A program made the translations under genes and the position numbers. 64,000 nt of DNA from Naegleria gruberi (Eukaryota). Within the stretch, counting starts at the first letter, position 1. Each line of letters begins with the position of its first letter. Location: the NCBI GenBank assembly GCA_000004985.1, contig GG738888.1, one strand, 5' to 3'. Shown here in pieces: positions 1-9,252 of the stretch. A model generated the notes under the pieces. That model ran no database searches and was not told the origin of the DNA. It was given only the letters and a program-made list of their open reading frames with translations.

Positions 1-2
1 AA

Positions 3-332
3 TATCCATACTTTAATGGCACTATAATTGATGATGTCACCACTCAATACTATCAAGTTATGTGCACTTCTTTAACATTGGAAAACTCTCTTGTAAAATT
101 GGACTATCTCAACAAGATTGAACAAACAACCACAGCCTTACATCCATTCATACTCAATCAAATCAAATCCCAAATAGAAAACCTTCACTGGTTCATTGCC
201 AACCGAGCTTCATCTCTCGATAACAAATTTATCCGAACTTTACCTCAACCTGTTCAAGAGTTAATCTCTCGCTTCTTCACGCATGATAATTTGGGCATGG
301 CAAGTTTTGAGGAGGTAACTATTGAAGAATAA
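3..332 (+). CDS. 3'-terminal exon of a gene that begins upstream of the window; product unknown
   Basis: The frame of ORF 60..332 stays open back to position 3 with no stop, so the CDS is cut by the window edge. I see no recognisable motif. Confidence 0.3.
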   Translation, partial: YPYFNGTIIDDVTTQYYQVMCTSLTLENSLVKLDYLNKIEQTTTALHPFILNQIKSQIENLHWFIANRASSLDNKFIRTLPQPVQELISRFFTHDNLGMASFEEVTIEE

Positions 333-485
333 TTCAATCATACATAGATATTTATTATTAACTAGTGTATTTCTTCTCTGAGATTGTGAGTAAAATTGTA
401 CAGTATTCTGTTTCATATCTTTACATCAGTTAGGTGTAGAAATGAATTTATTTTACAATTATCAGAAAGAATATATCTATTGGTT

Positions 486-2066
486 TTAGAAAATATTATA
501 AACCTTATCTGATTTCTTTGCCTTTCTAGCGCATTCCAATCTCTTCTCTTCAGTCTTGACAATCTCCTGACAGAATGGTTTGTGAACTTTCCAATTGGAT
601 TTCATACACTCTACAGAACAATATCTTTCAATCTTGCATCCACCACAATAATGATTTGCTTTCTTTCCACAATTGGCACATTTAAAGTCGAATTTCAAAC
701 GACACTTTGCAGGATGAGACAGAATTGGATAGTTTGGCTTGAACAAGATAGCACCCTTAGTATTGAACAATGCATAAATAACTTGTTGAACGGAAACATC
801 GACGAGACCTCTATCTGTTCTGGCTATTTCAAGCTTCTCTAAAGTGTCACGTTTTTCTTCTTCTGAAGTGTCAGGAGAGAAACCAAATTTTACAGGTTTT
901 GGAAAGGTCATGCAACAAATCTTTTCAAAGTAAGCTTGTTGTTCCTTAATCCATTGAGCTGAAATAAATTGGTTGAAAATGATGAATATTTAGAATGTTA
1001 AACGACTTACCTTGAGCTGGGAAACATGGAATTCTTGAATTGATTGGTACATCTTGACACATCTCAGCAATAAGATTTGGAATTTGTGCAAATAACGAAT
1101 CAACAAAAATAAATTGGATCATATTTAACCAATCTTGGAAATTCTCATTCTTGTGCAAAGTTGTTCCAAACTCAAAGGCCAACTTGATACTTTGCATTCG
1201 TGTAAAATTCTCCTTGTATATTTCAACAATTTTCTCTCTAAACACGTATCTCCTTTCTTTGGTTCCTTTCATTAAAGTGCTTTCCAATTGTTCTGGAATG
1301 TCTTCATATTCTGCATTGATCATTTCCCAGCCTTTCTGAACTATTACAAGATTATGCTTGAATAATTCCATTGCAATTTTGTCTTTGGAGTTATTCTCAT
1401 AAGTTTTGGAACGCTTGGCTATTTCTTCTTGAATCATTTCTACTTTCTTTGATGAAATCTTCTTTTTGGCAAGTGATTGACTGGCATTGGCAGTTGTTTT
1501 TTCATGTTCTTTAGGAGAAAAAGCAGCTCTATACGAATCAAAAGTTGGATCCAAACGTTTTCTCATTTCATACGAGCCAGAAAAAATTATTTCATTATCA
1601 ACTTGATGCATGAGAATCTTTTTGAGATAAACGAGAGTGAAAATAGTGCACATCTTGTCCTGAGTTTCGGTTAATCTTGTTCCCTCAATAACTTCTCCCT
1701 CAATTTCATGAAATTGAACTGATAATTGCTTTCTCAATATGAAATTGCTGAGAAGATTACAGACGAAACAAAGCTTGTGTTGAGGAGAAAGATTATCGTA
1801 CATATTTCTGAAAACAGTGTTATGTGAAAAGAAGCCACTATATTCAACAAAGACTATTCACCAAGATGATTTACAACCTTATTCGAAACAAGTTTAAACT
1901 TACCTTCCTTTTCAGGATGAGAAACATTCAAATCTACAAAACGCTCCCAATCTCTAATAATTCGTGGAATCAACAATTTGAATAATTCACAATACTTTTC
2001 ATACATTGGCAATCTCTCCAAAGGAAATGCTATAACTTTACTACACAATTCGTCCCAATCATACAT
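486..2066 (-). CDS. MYND zinc-finger protein, 3 exons: complement(join(486..958,1011..1853,1904..~2066))
   Basis: The last exon carries a MYND-type Cys/His cluster, CANCGKKANHYCGGCKIERYCSVECMKSNWKVHKPFC. ORFs 1854..2135, 946..1803 and 486..911 join into one frame across two introns. One intron (959..1010) runs GTAAGT...TTTCAG. The other (about 1854..1903, 50 nt) runs GTAAGT...AATAG. The first in-frame ATG is at about 2066. Upstream of it the ORF starts with TTG. Confidence 0.6.
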
Positions 2067-2284
2067 TCCAGTCCTTTCGTATTTGGTTGTGTTGACATTT
2101 TTTTTTGGTTGTTTTTTCTTGAAACTAACTCTCAAAGGAGGAACATATTGGGCTAGGCTTGCGCGACAATATTGTAAACTAGGCTATTTTTTTCAAAGCC
2201 TTTGTTTTTCTGGGTTAGTTTCTATACAACAAGTTTAACAAGTTTGGTTGGTGGTTCGATTCCTGGCGCTGTTAACAATATTTT

Positions 2285-4342
2285 TTAATGATGATTTCCC
2301 ATTGTTAATGAATAATTCTTATTGAGTATCTTATTTGTGGTTGTATACATTTCAAAGCTTACCAAAGGGGAAGTAATGAATGGCAATAGATTCCTTCCTG
2401 CCTCTCCCTTCTCCAACACTTTAAATCTCAAATTTTCCATGGCTAGACTTGCCAAAAATGGTTCATTGGTGTTAAATTTTCCCAATCTCAATGTCATGTA
2501 AATGCATTTCATGTTATATCGACAAGATTCCAATAAAAATTCTTCATCTATGAATGGTGCTTTTGCTGCAAGTCCCAATACATTCACGTTAATGTCATGC
2601 AGTTTCAATGTTTCTCTTACAATGTCCTTATCCAATTTGTCAGGACAATCAGGGAGAGTATATCCATCGTATTTGACAACTTGTAACATGAAGCTTTTAT
2701 CAGCTTTCAATTCATCAGCAAGATAGTAGAAACAAAAATGTTTCGTTTTGGAAATTAGTTTGAGCATGAATTCCTTGTCTTTTGCTAGGTGTTTGAATTT
2801 TCTCGACTGTAATAAACTAGGTTGCTTTCTAATCATTAACTCAATGACATCAGGATCATCACTTAAACTACTATACTTGTCTAGGACAGAAATGGAATTA
2901 CTGGCTGCTAGTAAAATTAAATCTCTTTCGTTTTTCAAACCTTTGGACGCGTGGAAAATGGATTGACCATCTTGTTGAACTGCAATTGAAACTACCTCTC
3001 TGTCATTCTTGAGTTCAGCAGAAACATGTTTGAGAATTTCAGGATTGAATTTTAAGGCTTTCATTACAAAAGTTTTGTCAGATTTCAATTCTGAAGTTTT
3101 GATAATGTCAGCACTTTCTCTGATAGCTTGAATCATGATATCTTGATCAGTTTTCAATTCGTTTCGTATGAGAGAGAAAACCTTATTTGGTTTGACAATT
3201 TTTAACAATCTCAAAACGAAACTCTTATTCTGTTTCAACTCGTGTGGAATCTTGTCGAGCATTTTAGGAAATCTAGAAATGGCAGCAATGGAAACATCAT
3301 GATCTCTCTTCACTTCTTCAAAGGCCAATTCATAGGTATTATTGGAGGGATCACATTGTTGAATGGCATCCAGGAAGAACCTCTTATTCTTTTTCAAATC
3401 ATCAGTTAAATATTTGAGAATTGTTGTCTTTTTCTCTGAAATGAGATATTGTAAAATGACTCTTCCATCAGTTTTGAATTTTTCAGGAACCTTTAAATGT
3501 AAATTATTGAGATTATATGCATTTCTGGTAAATTCCAAATCATTTTGCATTGTTTCCTCTATTATTGTTGAATATGGACAGCATCCATGTTTAAATCCTT
3601 CTAATATAATGTAGGGATCCTTCTTTAATTCTGGAGATAATCTATTGAATAGATCTTTTGCACTTTCCAAATTAGGAGACCTCTTTCCCATAATTTTAAA
3701 AGTAAAAAGTGCAAATTCTCTATCATTAAAGAACTGAGATGGTATATGTATGAAAAGTTCAGGTAAATGAGATGAACGTTCGACTGCTTGATAAATTACA
3801 TCTCTATCATTTCTAAAAGTATCAGAAACTGACTCATAGATACAAACATTATTTCGAATACTATCCAAAATGAACTGTTTCTCCTTTAGAAAATGGTCTG
3901 GAATTCCAGCAAATAATTTTCCAAAACGCAACAAATGCAAAACCACATCCCTATCATTCTTCAACTCATCTGACAAGTACGGAAAACACTGTTCATGATG
4001 CACATTAGCAAGTACCAACTCCTTATTTGCTCTCCATTCCAGTGGTACTTTCGATATTGTTAAATCTCCCATGACCAAAGGTATTTTACAACCCCAATAT
4101 TTTCTTCCCTTATTACGTCTGACTAGAATGTTGATGAGATGAGTGTCTTTCAAAATGACATGTCCAAAATGTTCAATCATGATTGAATACTCTTCCGAGC
4201 TGAATGTTTTAAATAGAAAGGAATCGAATTGAAATTTAGTTTTTAACAAATGGGAAGATGGTGTAGAGTCGAGTAGAATTTTCACACAAGCACCGGGAAG
4301 TGAATTTTCAAGTTTTGGCAGCATTATCAAGAGTTGACTCAT
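2285..4342 (-). CDS. Protein of ~685 aa built from tandem ~35-40 aa helical repeats (DUF4116-like repeat protein)
   Basis: Single ORF with an ATG at 4342. It contains more than 12 copies of a repeat with consensus ELKNDR[ED]VVLxAVxxxGxALxxAS, for example ELKNDREVVSIAVQQDGQSIFHAS and ELKADKSFMLQVVKYDGYTL. The same repeat type is fused to a kinase at 16391..18911. Confidence 0.55.
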   Translation of the reverse strand: MSQLLIMLPKLENSLPGACVKILLDSTPSSHLLKTKFQFDSFLFKTFSSEEYSIMIEHFGHVILKDTHLINILVRRNKGRKYWGCKIPLVMGDLTISKVPLEWRANKELVLANVHHEQCFPYLSDELKNDRDVVLHLLRFGKLFAGIPDHFLKEKQFILDSIRNNVCIYESVSDTFRNDRDVIYQAVERSSHLPELFIHIPSQFFNDREFALFTFKIMGKRSPNLESAKDLFNRLSPELKKDPYIILEGFKHGCCPYSTIIEETMQNDLEFTRNAYNLNNLHLKVPEKFKTDGRVILQYLISEKKTTILKYLTDDLKKNKRFFLDAIQQCDPSNNTYELAFEEVKRDHDVSIAAISRFPKMLDKIPHELKQNKSFVLRLLKIVKPNKVFSLIRNELKTDQDIMIQAIRESADIIKTSELKSDKTFVMKALKFNPEILKHVSAELKNDREVVSIAVQQDGQSIFHASKGLKNERDLILLAASNSISVLDKYSSLSDDPDVIELMIRKQPSLLQSRKFKHLAKDKEFMLKLISKTKHFCFYYLADELKADKSFMLQVVKYDGYTLPDCPDKLDKDIVRETLKLHDINVNVLGLAAKAPFIDEEFLLESCRYNMKCIYMTLRLGKFNTNEPFLASLAMENLRFKVLEKGEAGRNLLPFITSPLVSFEMYTTTNKILNKNYSLTMGNHH

Positions 4343-4633
4343 CAGCAGCCAAGCTTCTTTTCATTTTTTTTCTAATATTTTCCAACGAAATTCACTAGAA
4401 CTTGAAAATGTATACAGATAAATGGCGGGAAACTTAAACCACAAACAAATTGAAATTCCTCACCGGACAATTTTAATGTGCTTTTATCCTCATTTAACCT
4501 CCCTCAATTTCTCAACTTTAAAAAAAAATACATCCAACTAACAACCACGAAATCTTTGCCAATTTTTTAAAGAAAACGTGATTCGGAAGTTATTAGATTT
4601 ACCTATTGCGATCATCAATATTAATATTAAAAA

Positions 4634-5463
4634 ATGGATTTTCAAAAGGCTGCAACCAAGTTGAAGGAACGAGGCAATGAACACTTTAAAAAGAATGAAT
4701 TATCGGAGGCTATTAAATGTTATCAACAAGCCTTTGAACATGATGAAGATGCCTTCTTTAAAACAAACTTGGCTCTTTGTTATATTAAATTAAAACAATA
4801 TGAGAAGGCTACGGAGGAGTGTAAATCTGCAATCAAGTTGAATCCAAAGTTTGTAAAGGCTTATTTCTTGTTGGGAGAATGTCATTTGAATTGTTTGAAT
4901 TATGAGCAAGCTGAGAGTGCTTATTTGAAAGCTGAAGTATTGGCTAAGGAATTACATAATACATCCAAATCTATATTGCTGAATATTTATAAAGGAGTCG
5001 ATAGATCGAGAGCAAGGAGATATGAGAAACAAGAACAGGAGAGACAATCAGTAGTTGCAGAATTGAAAAAGTATGTCGAAAAGACGATGGACAATTATGA
5101 AAATATGGAATGGTCAAATCATCAACTGAAAGAGAAGAGTTTAATCTGAAAAAGTTTCAATTAGAGTCCTTCTTTGAACAGAATTTGCATCCACACAAGG
5201 AAACTGAAGTCCCAGATGTTTTGTGTTGTAAAATAACCTATACTATTATGAGAGATCCTGTCATTACAACATCAGGTATAACTTATGAACGATCTGCCAT
5301 TGAGAAACATTTACGAGAGAATGGAACGTTCGATCCTGTAACTAGACAACCTTGTACAATATCACAACTTTATCCAAATTTAGCTGTTAAAGAAATGGTG
5401 GAATCTTGGATTGAGAAACATCCTTACACAATAACAGAAGATCACTACTATATAATGGATTAA
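4634..5463 (+). CDS. CHIP/STUB1-like U-box E3 ubiquitin ligase (TPR repeats + charged linker + U-box), join(4634..5070,5133..5463)
   Basis: Start context is aaaaATGG. The N-terminal part has TPR motifs (KERGNEHFKKNELSEAIKCYQQAF..., KAYFLLGECHLNCLNYEQAE). The second ORF, in another frame, encodes a U-box (VPDVLCCKITYTIMRDPVITTSGITYERSAIEKHL...TRQPC...LAVKEMVESWI). A 62-nt intron from GTATGT at 5071 to AG at 5131-5132 joins the two frames as ...AELKK|KEEFNLKKFQLE.... Confidence 0.8.
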
Positions 5464-5492
5464 AAAAGTATTTATATATTATCAGCTAATAA

Positions 5493-8400
5493 CTATTGAC
5501 CTTCAATAATGAGTCTCGATTTTAGAGAGCTCAAAATGGTGCTTATTATGGTAAATGATGGACGTTGTTTTGGATCAGAATTCCAACATTGTGTCATTAA
5601 CTTGATGAACTCTCCAACAATATTTCTAAATCTTTCCTTGCATTGGTCTCGATCGAGTGGAACATCACTACTAGAAAAATCATACTCTTGCACATAGGAG
5701 CTCAAATAGGAATCCATTTCTGTATCATTGCTGAAGGGAATAACTGGTCGTTCTCCTTTTAGAACTCTTGGTAGCACTGTGAAGGGAGAAACTTCATTCT
5801 GTCTCGCTTGTGTAATCTTGGTGTTTTTTGTGTGAATGTATGGATTCTCCTCAAAGAATAATTCATACATGATGATCGCAAAACTGAAAACATCAATGGA
5901 TGGAGCTAGGGTGGAACTTGTATGAGATAGTTCAGAATCTAAAAGTTCTGGAGCTATATAGAATAAAGTGCCCATTCCTGTTGTGGTGTTTGTTTGGTTA
6001 TTACCATTCATTAGTCTACTCAATCCAAAATCGCAAACTTTTGCAGTATTATTCGAATCTAGAAGAATGTTTCCAGGTTTTAAATCTCTGTGAATAATTG
6101 GTGGTTTCAGACTGTGCAAATATTCCATTCCACATGCAACATCAATCAGAAGTGATAATTTAGAAATCAAGTCTAGAGAAATCTCACCCTTCCTACATTG
6201 ACTTATTAAATTCTCAATACTTCCCTTCTCCAAATACTCAACCACAAGATAGTGTTTTTTCGGAGTGATTGAAATTCCATAAAACATTAAAACGTTTGGA
6301 TGACGTAATTTGCACAATAGAGATGCCTCCTTTTCAATGTCATCTCTCAATGCATAATTTTCCACATCAACTCTTAAACATTTGATTGCAACAGTATTGT
6401 GATCCCAACGACCTTTAAAAACTACTCCAGATCCACCCTCTCCAATCTTCTTTTCTATAAACAGCTTATCCAATGTAATTATAAAAACAGCACCACTCTT
6501 TGAAGAACTATCATCACTATTTCTGAGATCTTCCTGTGCATCCACAATGTCATTTTCCAATAATCTCTTTTCAATGTCCTTTTCAGCACGTTCTCTACCC
6601 CTCCAATATCGAATAATTTTAGCTAATTTGTAAACTCCATATCCAACACCTGATAATATAATTAGCAAGCTACAAAATGCGAAAAAGGAAGCTACCACAG
6701 CAACGATAATGATGGACTCATAATTTGGCTTGACCTTACAGATAAATGATGATTCTGAACCATAAGTTGCTGGTGTTGATTCATAATCAACTGGACAAGG
6801 TATAATCTCCAATGGAATATCACTATTCGCATGAAAGAATGAGAGTGTGAGAGATGCCTTAATTGGTTGTGTGAATTGCCTCTCAGAAACTGTAATGAAA
6901 ATTCCCTCCACCACTTCAGAAACTCGTGTCTGTTTGGGAATGGTTGCAGTGATCGAGTCAGTACTCACTGAATTAGAATACACTTCCCACATGTACTCTA
7001 CTGAATTTCCAAAAGTGTCCTTGGATGTCGGTTTCAATGTAAATCTCTGTCCTGGAAAGAGAGTTACCACTCCATTCATTGGTTCAAAATCTCCACTCAA
7101 TTTTCCATTAATTTCTTTAGAGACTTGCCAAGTGATTTGTCTAATTGAGGATCCTATATTTCCACCATAGTTTAGAGCACTATTTCCAGTAAAGTTGCTC
7201 TGCAGAAATTCTTTCTTGACAATTTTGTGGAAGAAAATTCCTCCACCAGAGTAGTCAGCTTGATTATCCGAAATTTCCACATCTTCCCAAAGGCAAGCTA
7301 GAGTATCATATTTCAGGTTGAATGAAATTGCTCCTCCTCTCAATGCTCTGTTCATATGGAATTTGGAGGAATAAATTGCAAACTTGGTATGGAAACCTGT
7401 TCCCGTAAAACTCAAAGCACCTCCATTTCCAAGACATTTCGTTGAGGAGCACATTAAACTGGATGTGATGTTTTCAGTGAGTACTGAATTATTTACAAAG
7501 AGTGTTTCATAGGATGAGAAATTGCCTGAACAGAGTATAGCACCACCACTATTTTTTGCTGTATTTGATCGAAATACTGATTCTCCAATTGCTATATTCG
7601 AATCTATTCCACTAATGGCTCCTCCTCCTGCTGATGAATAATTTTCAATAAACTCTGAAAGGAATACGATGATATCACTCCCATAGGATGAGAGAGCTCC
7701 ACCAGTCTTACCATTTCTGTTTCTAATAAATTTCGAGGAGGTAACCAGAGTTTTGTGAGAGGAAAGTGAGCTGGACAATATAGCTCCTCCCAAGACAGAT
7801 ACGTTATCTGTGAAAGTAGATTCGACAATATAGGTTGCTACTACATTGCTCAACAGTAAAACTCCAGTAGAACCTCTATTATGGGCAAATATGCATCTTC
7901 TCACAATGACATTCCTCGAATTTCTAACAGTGACAATGCTTCCCTCTGTATTTTGACTTCCAACGAATTGACAATCTTGAAATTGGACCTCAATTGATTC
8001 TCCAATTGTTATAATATTTCCATTTGATTTGCCAAATATTGTGTGAGAAATTCTGACAACATTCGAGAAGAGAATATTCAAACTTCCATCATTAATTGTA
8101 CTCGTTTTCGTATTAACCAAGCAACCAATCATCACAATCTCCTTAACTTCCTCTATAAATACCAATTTGTCAATATTTATAGTCCCATTGAGGAACCACA
8201 TATTTGTGGCAGCCAATGTGAACTGATCTAGAAAGAAAGACAACTCAGACTCTGTAAATATCGAAATCTCTTCATATTTAAACTCAACTACAGGTCTCGA
8301 ATCATCAAAATCATATCTAACCTTCTTAAATAATGAAAGATGAGCGTCAGTTTCAAATTGTCCACTAATTTTCGAATTTTGCACAATGACATAATTTCCA

Positions 8401-9134
8401 AGAAATTTCCCACCTTTTAGTGTGCAATTTTCAATAAATGCATTTCGATTCTGTTGTAATATTTGCAAATTGAAACCCTTGAATATTGTAACTGCCTTAT
8501 CAAAGGTTTCTCCATAATCAATAAAATATGATTCACAATTAATTGTGGAATTGATCTTGCTTTCCAATTCGATGAATAGTTTGATATCACGCAATAAATT
8601 ATTTGTGGTTAATTCTTGAATTTTCAAATTGTTTTGACAATTATTCGAAACTATATCCGATTCCACATTAATTTTCATGTAAATGATGGCACCGGGACGT
8701 TCCACAGATGGAACATTTCCTATTTGATATTCAATTTCATTCGTAAAATAATTAATTAATTCCTTCATTGATGAAAAACTAATTGTTGAATTTAAAGTGG
8801 ACGAAACATTCGAAAAGGTATATTCGAAATCCAAAGATAAACAATTTACACTAAAAATTGATTCCTCCCGTTGTGTTTTACAAATTTCGTATTCCATCAC
8901 TTTCGAATATTGTGCCATATTTAATAATCTCGTAACCTCTACTTCTGCATTCGAATAGCCTTTATCCGCCGATAGAAATGAAGGTAGTTTATAATTGGTA
9001 TCAAATGGTGAAATGTAATCGGAAAGAGAATAATTAGAAATTGAAATTATATTCGAAGGTCCAATAACCACTAAAAGAAGCAAAATAAACACACTAGAAG
9101 GTGTCAGTGTTTCGTTTCTGTATATTGTAGTCAT
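5493..9134 (-). CDS. Single-pass receptor-like Ser/Thr protein kinase with a parallel beta-helix (PbH1/Pmp-like GGA-repeat) ectodomain; intronless, 1213 aa
   Basis: Signal peptide is MTTIYRNETLTPSSVFILLLLVVIGPSNIIS. The ectodomain has many GG[AG][AI] beta-helix repeats (GGAILSSS, GGALSSYG, GGGAISG, GGAILCSG, GGALSF, GGAISF, GGGIFF). A transmembrane helix IIIVAVVASFFAFCSLLIILSGVGYGVY follows. The cytoplasmic kinase has IGEGGSGVVFKG, VAIK, HRDLKPGNILL, DFG and GTLFYIAPE. Confidence 0.85.
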   Translation of the reverse strand: MTTIYRNETLTPSSVFILLLLVVIGPSNIISISNYSLSDYISPFDTNYKLPSFLSADKGYSNAEVEVTRLLNMAQYSKVMEYEICKTQREESIFSVNCLSLDFEYTFSNVSSTLNSTISFSSMKELINYFTNEIEYQIGNVPSVERPGAIIYMKINVESDIVSNNCQNNLKIQELTTNNLLRDIKLFIELESKINSTINCESYFIDYGETFDKAVTIFKGFNLQILQQNRNAFIENCTLKGGKFLGNYVIVQNSKISGQFETDAHLSLFKKVRYDFDDSRPVVEFKYEEISIFTESELSFFLDQFTLAATNMWFLNGTINIDKLVFIEEVKEIVMIGCLVNTKTSTINDGSLNILFSNVVRISHTIFGKSNGNIITIGESIEVQFQDCQFVGSQNTEGSIVTVRNSRNVIVRRCIFAHNRGSTGVLLLSNVVATYIVESTFTDNVSVLGGAILSSSLSSHKTLVTSSKFIRNRNGKTGGALSSYGSDIIVFLSEFIENYSSAGGGAISGIDSNIAIGESVFRSNTAKNSGGAILCSGNFSSYETLFVNNSVLTENITSSLMCSSTKCLGNGGALSFTGTGFHTKFAIYSSKFHMNRALRGGAISFNLKYDTLACLWEDVEISDNQADYSGGGIFFHKIVKKEFLQSNFTGNSALNYGGNIGSSIRQITWQVSKEINGKLSGDFEPMNGVVTLFPGQRFTLKPTSKDTFGNSVEYMWEVYSNSVSTDSITATIPKQTRVSEVVEGIFITVSERQFTQPIKASLTLSFFHANSDIPLEIIPCPVDYESTPATYGSESSFICKVKPNYESIIIVAVVASFFAFCSLLIILSGVGYGVYKLAKIIRYWRGRERAEKDIEKRLLENDIVDAQEDLRNSDDSSSKSGAVFIITLDKLFIEKKIGEGGSGVVFKGRWDHNTVAIKCLRVDVENYALRDDIEKEASLLCKLRHPNVLMFYGISITPKKHYLVVEYLEKGSIENLISQCRKGEISLDLISKLSLLIDVACGMEYLHSLKPPIIHRDLKPGNILLDSNNTAKVCDFGLSRLMNGNNQTNTTTGMGTLFYIAPELLDSELSHTSSTLAPSIDVFSFAIIMYELFFEENPYIHTKNTKITQARQNEVSPFTVLPRVLKGERPVIPFSNDTEMDSYLSSYVQEYDFSSSDVPLDRDQCKERFRNIVGEFIKLMTQCWNSDPKQRPSFTIISTILSSLKSRLIIEGQ

Positions 9135-9252
9135 GATGACGGTATTTTTTTAGTCTATTCCTCTTCAAATGTCTGTTGATATTGGTATTTAATGACAGGT
9201 GTTGTGAGCTTTCTAATATTTTGCTATGATTTTTAATTATTAAAAAATTTAT

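Noticed and set aside
2243-2262. Exact 11-mer GGTTCGATTCC (canonical tRNA T-arm or B-box) on the plus strand
   Set aside because: The flanking bases cannot form a T-stem. No D-arm or A-box and no complementary acceptor stem lie within 80 nt upstream. It is probably a chance match or a tRNA-derived remnant, not a tRNA gene.
5071-5132. Possible programmed frameshift joining the TPR and U-box ORFs of the CHIP-like gene
   Set aside because: A canonical 62-nt GTATGT...AG intron with correct phase explains the frame change. There is no slippery sequence.
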